Shown piece after piece: positions 25,870-34,771 of a stretch of DNA of 61,724 nt; the stretch's first letter is position 1, and each line of letters begins with the position of its first letter. Origin of the DNA: Candidatus Magasanikiibacteriota bacterium (GTDB taxonomy: Bacteria > Patescibacteriota > Patescibacteriia > Magasanikbacterales > UBA922). The DNA is taken from positions 1 through 61,724 of the forward strand of contig WJJZ01000004.1 in the NCBI GenBank assembly GCA_014729395.1, given 5' to 3'. The notes below the pieces were generated by a model. It had not been told where the DNA came from and did not search any database. It worked only from the letters and a program-made list of their open reading frames with translations. The translations under genes and the position numbers were made by a program.

Positions 25870-26991
25870 ATGAAGAATAGCAAAGAAAGAGTTCTAGTTG
25901 CCATGTCCGGCGGGGTGGATTCATCCGTGGCGGCTTTACTATTGAAAAAAGAAGGTTATGATGTGGCTGGAGCATTCATGATAAACTACGAAGAAGAGAG
26001 TGGGAGTTCGTTTACAGGGAGCAGCGTAGCGGAGTCATGTTGGCGCGGGGATTACCGGGACGCTATTCGGGTGGCAGCTAAACTGGAAATTCCACTTATA
26101 AAATTGGACTTTAGAAAAGAATACAAGAAGTTTGTTTTGGATTATATGTTTTCTGAATATAAAACCGGTAGAACGCCAAATCCGGATGTTTTGTGTAATA
26201 AATTTATTAAATTCGGTGCGTGGTTGAAGAAGGCGAGGAAGCTCGGCTTCGAGAAGTTGGCCACTGGACATTATGCACAGCTTCGAAAAAGTAAGACTGG
26301 AGATTGGAGACTGGAGACTGGGAAAGATAAAGAAAAAGACCAGACTTATTTTTTGCACCAGTTAAATCAGGAGCAGTTAAGTCATGCTCTATTTCCAATT
26401 GGTGAATATACCAAAAAAGAAGTTAGAAATTTGGCTAAAAAATTCAATCTTGCAACAGCAGAAAAAGAAGAAAGTATGGGGATTTGTTTTGTGGGTGAAG
26501 TGCCGATGAAAGATTTTTTGATGCAGGAAATTAAATCAAAGCCTGGAAAGATTGTAACTTCAGATGCTGAGGTGATAGGTGAACATGAGGGATTAGCTTT
26601 TTATACTGTTGGCCAGCGCCATATAGGAGTTCACAGTTCACAGCCAACAGTTCACAGTCGGCAAGCGATAAATGACAGTAGACCTTTGTATGTCGTTGAT
26701 AAAAGGTTGGATACTAATGAACTCGTTGTTGGTTTTAAAGATGATCCTTTGTTATTTAAGCAAAAAATTGAAGTTAGTGAAGTAAACTGGATCGCTGGAC
26801 AGCCACCCAAATTTCCCCTAAAATGTAAAGTAAGACTTAGACATAGACAAACTCCTCAAAGAGCGGTGATCAGTGAGCGGGGAACAAAAATTTTGATAGA
26901 ATTTAAAAATGCACAACGAGCGGTAACCCCCGGGCAGTTTGCGGTTTTTTATAAAGGAGATGAATGTTTGGGGGGTGGAGTGATTTTGTAA
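25870..26991 (+). CDS. mnmA: tRNA 2-thiouridine(34) synthase MnmA
   Basis: PP-loop 'VAMSGGVDSSVAA', plus 'PNPDVLCN', 'ATGHYA', 'KDQTYFL' and 'ESMGICF'. Confidence 0.95.
   Translation: MKNSKERVLVAMSGGVDSSVAALLLKKEGYDVAGAFMINYEEESGSSFTGSSVAESCWRGDYRDAIRVAAKLEIPLIKLDFRKEYKKFVLDYMFSEYKTGRTPNPDVLCNKFIKFGAWLKKARKLGFEKLATGHYAQLRKSKTGDWRLETGKDKEKDQTYFLHQLNQEQLSHALFPIGEYTKKEVRNLAKKFNLATAEKEESMGICFVGEVPMKDFLMQEIKSKPGKIVTSDAEVIGEHEGLAFYTVGQRHIGVHSSQPTVHSRQAINDSRPLYVVDKRLDTNELVVGFKDDPLLFKQKIEVSEVNWIAGQPPKFPLKCKVRLRHRQTPQRAVISERGTKILIEFKNAQRAVTPGQFAVFYKGDECLGGGVIL
26296..26323. repeat. ACTGGAG-family heptamer array (4 units) inside mnmA
   Basis: ACTGGAG ATTGGAG ACTGGAG ACTGGGA, translated in frame as part of 'KTGDWRLETGK'. 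Confidence 0.85.
26630..26657. repeat. TTCACAG-family heptamer array (4 units) inside mnmA
   Basis: TTCACAG TTCACAG CCAACAG TTCACAG, translated in frame as part of 'VHSSQPTVHS'. Confidence 0.85.
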
Positions 26992-27010
26992 TTAATAAAT
27001 AAAATTTTAT

Positions 27011-28633
27011 ATGAATGAAAAGTATAATCAGATTCATAGTAAAATGGAACAAACAACTCACCCTGCTGAAGAAGAACTCTCTTCTGAGAGCTTGCCAATG
27101 CCGAATGAATATATTGAACAAATGAGGGAAAGTGGCTTGGAAGGTCATGCCGAGGCATATAAACAAGTTGTGGATTTATGTGAAATTATCAAAGCTGAGG
27201 GCGGTAGGGCTTTGTTGGTGGGTGGATCAGTAAGGGATCATTTTATGGGAAAAATAAGTAAAGATTTTGATATAGAGGTTTATGGTCTTGAGTCCAATGT
27301 CATTGAAGAGATAATCTCAAATAAATTCGGTAGAGTATCAGACGTAGGTAAAGCCTTTGGTCATCTTAAAGTTTTTTTGGAGGGTGGAATTGATATAGAC
27401 GTTACTTTGCCTCGTACCGATTCAAAAGTAAGTGAGGGGCATAAAGGTTTTGATATTAAAACCGATCCTTTTATGAGTATAAAAGAAGCCGCCAGGAGGC
27501 GTGATTTTACCATGAATACCTTGGCTGCTGACCCTATGTCCGGAGAAGTTTTTGACTATTTTGGCGGTATAAAAGACACCAAAGAAAGAAGATTAAAAGT
27601 GACGGATGTTGAGAGGTTTAAAGACGACCCTCTTCGTGTAATGCGAGCAATGCAATTTGTCGGTCGGTTTGGTTTGGAAATAGATCCACAATCAGTGGTT
27701 ATAATGCAGGAGATGTCCAAGCAATTAAAAGAAATAGCAAAGGAAAGAGTGGAAGAAGAATGGAAAAAGCTGCTTTTAAAATCAGAAAAACCATCTCTGG
27801 GCTTGGCTGCCGGACTTTCCTTGGGTGTGCTAAGAGAGTTGCACCCTCAATTACCACCTCTTGTTGAAACTCCTCAAGAACCGGATTGGCATCCGGAGGG
27901 CGATGTTTGGGTTCATACTTTGATGGTGGTGGATGAAGCAGCAAAAATAATTAGAAGGGAAAACATAGAAGATGATAAACAAAAATTTAGTATAATGCTG
28001 GCATCATTATGCCATGATTTAGGTAAACCCGAAGTGACTGAAGAAGTTGATGGGGTATTGGTCTCACATGGACATGAACAAGCAGGTTTTGAGCCGACAC
28101 AAAAATTTTTGGCCGGAATCGGGATACACTCAAATAATGAAATGAGAAAAAGGGTGGTAAAGCTTGTTGTAAATCATATGGCACCGACTATGCTGTATGT
28201 TAACTCGGAGATTAGAGGAAATGTTGTAAAAGACGGTGCGATTAGGCGTTTGGCGGAAAGATTGCATCCGGCGACAATTCGTGAACTGGTTCTGCTTTGT
28301 GAGGCGGATCATATGGGCAGGGGTGCGTTTGAGCCCGACATAGCTGAACAAATGATGCTTTCCCCAAAAGAATATAAACCGGGAGACTGGTTGATGGAAT
28401 ATGCCGCAAGACTGGCTGTAGAGGATTCAAAACCAACTTCGCTTACAAGAGGTAGAGATTGGATCAAGCTGGGATTTAAACCCGGTGTGGAATTTGGAAA
28501 ATTAATCAGATTGAGTGATAAACTTAGGGATGAAAATAATTATACACGAGAAATGATATTTGCTGCCGTGGATGGAGCAAAAACCGGCGGGGAGGCAATC
28601 AAGAAGCTTGAAAAAATTTTAGAATCGAAATAA
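27011..28633 (+). CDS. cca: CCA-adding tRNA nucleotidyltransferase with HD domain
   Basis: 'LLVGGSVRDHFMGK..KDFDIEV', 'RRDFTMN', and HD motif 'LCHDLGK'. Confidence 0.85.
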   Translation: MNEKYNQIHSKMEQTTHPAEEELSSESLPMPNEYIEQMRESGLEGHAEAYKQVVDLCEIIKAEGGRALLVGGSVRDHFMGKISKDFDIEVYGLESNVIEEIISNKFGRVSDVGKAFGHLKVFLEGGIDIDVTLPRTDSKVSEGHKGFDIKTDPFMSIKEAARRRDFTMNTLAADPMSGEVFDYFGGIKDTKERRLKVTDVERFKDDPLRVMRAMQFVGRFGLEIDPQSVVIMQEMSKQLKEIAKERVEEEWKKLLLKSEKPSLGLAAGLSLGVLRELHPQLPPLVETPQEPDWHPEGDVWVHTLMVVDEAAKIIRRENIEDDKQKFSIMLASLCHDLGKPEVTEEVDGVLVSHGHEQAGFEPTQKFLAGIGIHSNNEMRKRVVKLVVNHMAPTMLYVNSEIRGNVVKDGAIRRLAERLHPATIRELVLLCEADHMGRGAFEPDIAEQMMLSPKEYKPGDWLMEYAARLAVEDSKPTSLTRGRDWIKLGFKPGVEFGKLIRLSDKLRDENNYTREMIFAAVDGAKTGGEAIKKLEKILESK

Positions 28634-28634
28634 T

Positions 28635-30146
28635 ATGACAAATTTTTTTACGGAAAAAACAATTTCAAAAAATTGGCGGCTGGCTTATATGGGCTTTGCT
28701 TTGTTGATTGCTATTTTATACGATGTTTTCTTATGGGATTTGAAGCTGGGTTTGGGATTTTTTGTATATGTTGTAGTTTATTTGCTTGGATTTGTAATAA
28801 TATCAGCTCTAAGTGGTCAATTAAGGCAGCCGCTTGCTTTTCTTTTGCTTATCCCTATTTTAATTTTGAGTTTTGATGTACTGCTATATAATAATCGCTT
28901 GGTTAGTCACTTTGTACCGTGGTTTGTATTAGTTTTGTGTTTTGTTTTTTCTATTCTTTTGACCTTGCAAAATCCAAATAATTATAAGTTTTCTTTTCTT
29001 AAAATTCCAATATTAACGCATATTGACCTACCTTTTGCAAAGTGGATTACAATGTATAATGATTTTTTTAAATGGGACGTAAGTGGCAGTAAGGCAATTA
29101 TAAAAAAAGTTTTGACAGGTGTGGTAATTGCTTTACCAATTTTAGTGATTTTTTTATCTCTTTTCATGGGGGCTGATGCTGTTTTTGCGGAAACGGTGGA
29201 GAAAATTTTTGATTTTAGATTGCCGGATCAGTTTGTCTGGAGAATATTGAGAACTTTTTTTATAACTCTGATTTTTTCCAGTCTATTTTATGTGCTTATC
29301 AGCAAGGACAATGTGATGGGTAATAAAATTAATAAGTCCATTAAAATGGATAAGACTGTGGTCGGTACTATATTCTTACTGGTTAATTTCCTTTTTTTCG
29401 GTTTTGTATTGATTCAATTTAAATATCTATTTGCCGGCTCAATGGATTTTGTTTTAGAGAGTGGCTATACTTTTGCCGAGTATGCCAGACAGGGTTTTTT
29501 TGAACTGGCTTGGGTCATTGGTTTGGCAGCCATACTCTTGATGTTTTTTTATCGTTCGGCTTCTGACCATGGTTTTCATTTAGTTATAAAAATATTAAAA
29601 GTAATTTTTGTTTTGCAAGTTGGAGTGATTGCTTATTCCGCCTTAAAGCGCATGAATTTATACCAAGATGCATATGGATTTACTGTCTTGCGTCTTTATG
29701 TAGAGTGGTTTATTTATTTTAGCATGGTAATTTTGTTATTTGCGGCCGTCAGTTTGGTGATTGAGAATAAATTTAGAACTTTTTTGTATAGTTCCATGGT
29801 ATTGGGCGTGATCGCTTTAACCGTAGTTTCTTGTATAAATGTAGATAAAATGATCGCCAATGAAAATGTAGACCGTTATTTAGACGAAGGAAAGGAATTG
29901 GACATTTTATATTTGACTCAAGATTTATCACTGGACACATACACAGAAGTAAGGAGGGCTTTTGAGAGCGGTTTTGTCTTCGCAGATGATACTTATAGAA
30001 TTGCAGTTGAGCAGGGGGAGGCGTATACCACAAATACTTTTAATAAAGACAATTTCCATGCGCTTTATAATGTCAGCAATATGGCTGGAGATTCTTGGCG
30101 TGAATTTAATTTCAATCTGAATAATTTTTTAATCAACTTTAAATAA
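28635..30146 (+). CDS. polytopic membrane protein (possibly DUF4153/DUF4173 family)
   Basis: More than 10 hydrophobic helices. 'LKRMNLYQDAYGFTVLRLYV' resembles that family from memory only. Confidence 0.6.
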   Translation: MTNFFTEKTISKNWRLAYMGFALLIAILYDVFLWDLKLGLGFFVYVVVYLLGFVIISALSGQLRQPLAFLLLIPILILSFDVLLYNNRLVSHFVPWFVLVLCFVFSILLTLQNPNNYKFSFLKIPILTHIDLPFAKWITMYNDFFKWDVSGSKAIIKKVLTGVVIALPILVIFLSLFMGADAVFAETVEKIFDFRLPDQFVWRILRTFFITLIFSSLFYVLISKDNVMGNKINKSIKMDKTVVGTIFLLVNFLFFGFVLIQFKYLFAGSMDFVLESGYTFAEYARQGFFELAWVIGLAAILLMFFYRSASDHGFHLVIKILKVIFVLQVGVIAYSALKRMNLYQDAYGFTVLRLYVEWFIYFSMVILLFAAVSLVIENKFRTFLYSSMVLGVIALTVVSCINVDKMIANENVDRYLDEGKELDILYLTQDLSLDTYTEVRRAFESGFVFADDTYRIAVEQGEAYTTNTFNKDNFHALYNVSNMAGDSWREFNFNLNNFLINFK

Positions 30147-30149
30147 TTT

Positions 30150-31973
30150 ATGACCACCAAAGAACTACGTAGAAAATATTTAGAATTTTTTAAAAGCAAA
30201 GGACACTCGGTTATTCCGAGCGCTTCTTTGATTCCGGAAAATGATCCGACGGTTTTATTTACCACGGCCGGCATGCATCCGCTTGTACCATACTTGATGG
30301 GCGAAAAGCACCCCGAAGGAACCAGATTGACTGATGTGCAAAAGTGTATTCGTACCGGAGATATTGATGAGGTGGGGGATAATAGTCACTTAACTTTTTT
30401 TGAAATGCTTGGTAATTGGTCTTTGGGAGATTATTTTAAAAAAGAAGCGATTGAATGGAGTTTTGAATTTTTGAGTTCACCGGATTGGTTGGGAATAGAT
30501 ATTAAGAAATTGTCTGTTTCTGTATTTGAGGGTGATGATGATGCACCGCGTGACGAAGAGTCGGCTGAAATTTGGCATTCTCTTGGTATAGAAAAAAATA
30601 AAATCGCTTACCTACCAAAAAAAGAAAATTGGTGGGGCCCGGCCGGTCAGACCGGTCCATGCGGACCTGATACGGAAATGTTTTATTGGGTAGGGGAATC
30701 AGAATATCCGCCGGAGGGTAGTAATCCAGGTACTGATGAAGAAAATTGGTTGGAAATCTGGAATGATGTTTTTATGCAGTATAATAAACAGACAGATGGT
30801 TCGTTCGCAACTCTTGAACAAATGAATGTTGATACCGGCATGGGTCTTGAGAGGGTGGTAGCTGTATTAAGCGGACTGAAAGATGTATATCAGGTAGATA
30901 CCATGTGGCCGATTGTTCAAAAAATTGAAGAAATTAGCGGCCGGGAGTATATAGAAAATATAGAAGTAATAAAATCAATGCGGATTATTGCCGACCATCT
31001 TCGAGCAGCTGTGATGATAATGGGTGATAATAAAGGCATAGGTCCCAGTAATGTTGACCAAGGTTATGTTGTCAGAAAACTTATCAGACGTTCCATACGT
31101 CATGGTAAAAATCTTGGTATAAATGATAATTTTTGTTCAAAAATCGCAGAAGTAGTGGTAGATATTTTTAAAGATGTTTATCCTGAAATAGAAACCAACA
31201 AGGATTTTGTAATTACTCAAATTGCCGAAGAAGAAAGTAGATTTAGAAACACCCTTGAACAAGGTATAAAAAGATTCAATCAATTAGTAGAAGGTAGGGG
31301 AGAAGATTCAGTTATCTCGGGTTTGGAAGCTTTTGATTTATATCAAACTTATGGTTTCCCGGTTGAAATGACAGTTGAGCTGGCTAAAGAAAAAGGTTTG
31401 GAAGTTGATTTAAAGAATTTTGAAATAGAAATGGAAAAGCATCAAGAGCTGTCCAGAAAAGGGGCTGAACAAAGATTTAAGGGTGGTTTGGCTGATCAAG
31501 GGGAAGAAACTAAAAGATTGCACACAGCTACTCATCTTTTGCATGCTGCCCTAAGAAAGATTCTTGGAGAGCATGTAGAACAACGAGGCAGTAATATTAC
31601 AGCCGATAGATTGCGCTTTGATTTTTCTCACCCCGAAAAACTAACTCCGGAACAAAAACAGGAAGTGGAAGACTTGGTTAATGCTGCTATAAAGAAAGAT
31701 TATCCGGTAAGTTTTCAAGAAATGACGGTCGATGAGGCTAAGGAGCAGGGTGCAATTGGCTTGTTTGAGGATAAATATGGCGCAAAGGTTAAGGTTTATA
31801 CGATTGGCGACCCGGATGGTGCACCTGAGGCTAGTTCACAGTCTGAAACTTTTAGTAGAGAAATTTGTGGAGGTCCGCATGTTAGCCATACTGGTGAATT
31901 GGGTCATTTTCGTATTAAAAAAGAAACATCCAGTAGCGCGGGAATTAGAAGAATTAAGGCGATCTTAGAATAA
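30150..31973 (+). CDS. alaS: alanine--tRNA ligase, short form (no C-terminal C-Ala/DHHA1 region)
   Basis: 'LRRKYLEFFKSKGH..IPSASLIP.NDPT.LFTTAGM', editing-site motifs 'HTATHLLHAALR' and 'CGGPHV'. Only 607 aa. Confidence 0.93.
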   Translation: MTTKELRRKYLEFFKSKGHSVIPSASLIPENDPTVLFTTAGMHPLVPYLMGEKHPEGTRLTDVQKCIRTGDIDEVGDNSHLTFFEMLGNWSLGDYFKKEAIEWSFEFLSSPDWLGIDIKKLSVSVFEGDDDAPRDEESAEIWHSLGIEKNKIAYLPKKENWWGPAGQTGPCGPDTEMFYWVGESEYPPEGSNPGTDEENWLEIWNDVFMQYNKQTDGSFATLEQMNVDTGMGLERVVAVLSGLKDVYQVDTMWPIVQKIEEISGREYIENIEVIKSMRIIADHLRAAVMIMGDNKGIGPSNVDQGYVVRKLIRRSIRHGKNLGINDNFCSKIAEVVVDIFKDVYPEIETNKDFVITQIAEEESRFRNTLEQGIKRFNQLVEGRGEDSVISGLEAFDLYQTYGFPVEMTVELAKEKGLEVDLKNFEIEMEKHQELSRKGAEQRFKGGLADQGEETKRLHTATHLLHAALRKILGEHVEQRGSNITADRLRFDFSHPEKLTPEQKQEVEDLVNAAIKKDYPVSFQEMTVDEAKEQGAIGLFEDKYGAKVKVYTIGDPDGAPEASSQSETFSREICGGPHVSHTGELGHFRIKKETSSSAGIRRIKAILE

Positions 31974-31974
31974 A

Positions 31975-32217
31975 TTACAATTTATAAGTATTATCATTTC
32001 TTTTTTCAAAGGCTAAGATTTTAATTTTAGCCTCTTTTTTTAAAAAGATTATTCTCTTATTTCCTTTTCTAACGCGAAATATATCTTTGTTATTTTTAAG
32101 TCTTTTTATATCCAAATTTTTAAAATTGCCTTTCTGGATTTGAGAGAGTAACTCTTTAAAAGATTTTTTTTCTTTTGAATTTAATTTATTCAATGCCTTC
32201 GTAATTTTATCGACCAT
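31975..32217 (-). CDS. RelE/ParE-like type II toxin
   Basis: 80 aa; 'IFRVRKGNKRIIFLKKEAKIKILAFEKRNDNTY' fits the RelE/ParE C-terminal pattern. It lies 2 nt downstream of the antitoxin-like ORF. Confidence 0.6.
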   Translation of the reverse strand: MVDKITKALNKLNSKEKKSFKELLSQIQKGNFKNLDIKRLKNNKDIFRVRKGNKRIIFLKKEAKIKILAFEKRNDNTYKL

Positions 32218-32219
32218 AC

Positions 32220-32435
32220 TTATAAACGTTTCAGGATTTCATCAATATCAACCCCACCTTTTTTTATTTTTGTAAAATCAATTACTTCTTCCCAGCGCTG
32301 ATTTTCTTCTATGGGTGAAATTTTAAAAAGAGGCTTTGATCGTTTCAAAACTATAAAAGACTCCCCGGATTTAACTTTTTCAGCATAATGGTTCATTTTT
32401 TGTCTTAAATCATTTAAAGCAATAAATTTTTGCAT
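32220..32435 (-). CDS. Phd/YefM-like antitoxin
   Basis: 71 aa; 'IALNDLRQKMNHYAEKVKSGESFIVLKRSKPLFKISPIEE' fits the Phd/YefM N-terminal pattern. Confidence 0.6.
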   Translation of the reverse strand: MQKFIALNDLRQKMNHYAEKVKSGESFIVLKRSKPLFKISPIEENQRWEEVIDFTKIKKGGVDIDEILKRL

Positions 32436-32530
32436 ATTTTTATTTATTAAATATTATGTGTAGTTTATGTTAAAATCATGTTTACGTCAAGTCTTGTTGA
32501 GATGGTTTTTTTGTCAATTTTAATTGTTAG

Positions 32531-32559
32531 TTGCTAAACTGTCTGATTTTTGCTATAAT
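32531..32559 (+). promoter_or_regulatory. extended -10 promoter candidate
   Basis: TTGCTA, 17-nt spacer ending in TGC, TATAAT. Confidence 0.45.
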
Positions 32560-32653
32560 TAACTTGTGTATAATTATTAAATAATAGCTACAATCTGCTA
32601 AAAAAGTTATTATTTAGCCAAATTTTAATATAGACATGCCTGGCAAAATACCC

Positions 32654-32682
32654 TTGACAGGAATTTTGATATCTAGTAAAAT
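32654..32682 (+). promoter_or_regulatory. promoter for the infA / ribosomal protein operon
   Basis: TTGACA, 17-nt spacer, TAAAAT, 25 nt before the infA ATG. Confidence 0.55.
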
Positions 32683-32706
32683 AGCGCCAGGTTAAAATAT
32701 ACAAAC

Positions 32707-32925
32707 ATGGGAAAAAATAAAGACGTTGTAGAAGTGCGCGGGGTAATTGAAGAACTTTTACCCGGAGCCACGTTTAGAATTAAACTGGAAAATGAGCACG
32801 AAATAATTGCTCATCTATCAGGAAAAATGAGAATGAACAGAATTCGTTTGGGAGTTGGTGATGAAGTAAAGGTTGAAATGACTCCATATGATTTGACAAA
32901 GGGTAGGATCACATATCGTTTCTAA
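32707..32925 (+). CDS. infA: translation initiation factor IF-1
   Basis: 72 aa; '[60 protein letters not shown]'. Confidence 0.97.
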   Translation: MGKNKDVVEVRGVIEELLPGATFRIKLENEHEIIAHLSGKMRMNRIRLGVGDEVKVEMTPYDLTKGRITYRF

Positions 32926-33059
32926 ATTAAAAAATATCAACCGGTGCGGTGTAGCATTTCTCTGCGAATGGGCCGATATGTCATTAGAGAAAGCACAGAT
33001 ATCGCGGCAGTGGTTGGTATTTTTGTTTTCATAAATACATATTTGATAATAAATTTATT

Positions 33060-33197
33060 ATGAAGGTTCAGTCTTCTGTTAAAAAACGATGCGCAAAATG
33101 TAAGACCGTAAGGCGACGCGGTGTGGTTTATGTTATTTGTGAAAATCCCAGACACAAACAAAGACAGGGCACAAAAATAAGAAAGAAAGCGGCATAA
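33060..33197 (+). CDS. rpmJ: 50S ribosomal protein L36 (absent from the ORF track)
   Basis: Hand translation: [45 protein letters not shown]. It has the canonical L36 core and sits in the expected infA-rpmJ-rpsM position. Confidence 0.9.
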   Translation: MKVQSSVKKRCAKCKTVRRRGVVYVICENPRHKQRQGTKIRKKAA

Positions 33198-33228
33198 GAG
33201 ATATTTTATATAATAATTTTTCAATTTT

Positions 33229-33615
33229 ATGAGAGTATCCGGAGTAACAATTCCCAAGGATAAAAGAGTAATTATTGGATTGACATATATTTATGGTATC
33301 GGTAATGCTCGAGCTAAGAAAATTTTGAGTCAGGCACAAGTTGATGAGAATGTTCGCGTAAAGGATTTAAGCCAGCAACAGGAAGACCAGATTAGAAATA
33401 CAATAGAAAAAAATTATAAAACCGAAGGTGATTTGCGAAGAGAAGTTGTCGGTAATGTGAAAAGACTTAAAGAAATAAAAAGCTATAGAGGTCTTCGTCA
33501 TACAAAAAGATTACCTTCACGAGGACAAAGAACAAAGACAAATAGTCGTACAGTACGTGGAAATGTTCGTAATATTGCAACCAGTGGAAGGAAACCGTCT
33601 GCTCAAAAAACCTAA
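33229..33615 (+). CDS. rpsM: 30S ribosomal protein S13
   Basis: 'GLTYIYGIG...A..IL', 'IKSYRGLRH..RLP.RGQRTKTN'. Confidence 0.96.
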   Translation: MRVSGVTIPKDKRVIIGLTYIYGIGNARAKKILSQAQVDENVRVKDLSQQQEDQIRNTIEKNYKTEGDLRREVVGNVKRLKEIKSYRGLRHTKRLPSRGQRTKTNSRTVRGNVRNIATSGRKPSAQKT

Positions 33616-33637
33616 ATTTTAAAATTATTGATTTTTT

Positions 33638-34033
33638 ATGGCTAATAAGCCCAAAAGAAAAAATAAAAAGAAAAAAATTATAAAACAGGTCCCTCACGGA
33701 CATGCATATATTCAAGCTACTTTTAATAATACTATTGTATCAGTTACAGATCAGAATGGGGATGTTTTAGGATGGTCAAGCGCCGGACTGGTGGGATTTA
33801 AAGGGCCAAAGAAAGCAACACCGTATGCTGCGACTCAGGTGGTTAAAAGATTAGTCGAAAACATAAATGATTATAACGTAAAAGAGGTAAACGTATTTGT
33901 AAAAGGTATCGGTGGTGGTAGAGAGTCGGCAATTAGAGCTTTTAACAGTAATGGTATTCAAGTTTTGTCGATTAAAGATGTAACACCAATACCACACAAC
34001 GGATGTAGACCTCCAAAGAGACGAAGAGTGTAG
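33638..34033 (+). CDS. rpsK: 30S ribosomal protein S11
   Basis: 'HGHAYIQATFNNTIVSVTDQNG', 'PYAA', 'DVTPIPHNGCRPPKRRR'. Confidence 0.96.
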   Translation: MANKPKRKNKKKKIIKQVPHGHAYIQATFNNTIVSVTDQNGDVLGWSSAGLVGFKGPKKATPYAATQVVKRLVENINDYNVKEVNVFVKGIGGGRESAIRAFNSNGIQVLSIKDVTPIPHNGCRPPKRRRV

Positions 34034-34114
34034 TCGATTTTAAATTAAATTATTTATTAAATAAACTATTTAAATGTTATAACCCAGAGGGTTATGATAT
34101 CAAAGTAATAAATT

Positions 34115-34738
34115 ATGGGAAGATATATTGGACCAAAAAATAAAATAGCGCGCAGATTTGGCGTAAATTTAGGTTTGAAGACAAATGCAGCCAAAGTAGC
34201 ACGCAGATTAAACCAGAGACCGGGTGTACATGGTAAAAGTCGCAGACGCGGATCTCTTTCCAGTTATGGCAAACAATTGCTTGAAAAACAGAAAGCAAAA
34301 TATATGTACGGAATTAGAGAAGGTCAATTGCGAAGATATGTACGAGAGGCAAATAGGATGGAGGGGAATTCCGGTATCAATTTGCAGCAGATTTTGGAAA
34401 TGAGACTAGACAATGTGATATATAGATTGGGTTTTGCTGTTACCAGAGCTCAAGCCAGGCAGTTTGTGAGTCACGGTATGTTTACTTTAAATGATAGGAA
34501 AATGAATATTCCTTCTCATATTGTGAAACCCGGTGATGAAATAAAATTAAAAGAAAATAAAGCAAAAAAGACAGTTTTTGAAAATATTACTGAAAAGCTA
34601 TCAAAGACGGAAGCGCCATCATGGCTTCGCGTGGATCCTGCAAAAAAGACAGGAAAAGTATTACACAAGCCGAGTAATGCTGACTTTGATCGTATATTTG
34701 ATGTTAAACTTATCATTGAGTACTATTCATCTCGTTAA
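34115..34738 (+). CDS. rpsD: 30S ribosomal protein S4
   Basis: 'MGRYIGPK.K..RR.G', 'YG.QL.EKQK', and S4 domain 'RLDNVIYRLGFA.TR.QARQ.V.HG'. Confidence 0.96.
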   Translation: MGRYIGPKNKIARRFGVNLGLKTNAAKVARRLNQRPGVHGKSRRRGSLSSYGKQLLEKQKAKYMYGIREGQLRRYVREANRMEGNSGINLQQILEMRLDNVIYRLGFAVTRAQARQFVSHGMFTLNDRKMNIPSHIVKPGDEIKLKENKAKKTVFENITEKLSKTEAPSWLRVDPAKKTGKVLHKPSNADFDRIFDVKLIIEYYSSR

Positions 34739-34771
34739 TTTAGGGGGGCGACCTCAAATAAATTAAAAAAT

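Noticed and set aside
32436-32653. Possible sRNA driven by the TTGCTA-17-TATAAT promoter at 32531
   Set aside because: Downstream sequence is A+T-rich with no convincing structure or terminator. It is more simply a second promoter for infA, or the mirror of the TA promoter region.
32937-33339. Two minus-strand ORFs of 106 and 68 aa
   Set aside because: They overlap rpmJ, recovered by hand translation, and the start of rpsM. The r-protein operon context makes them implausible.
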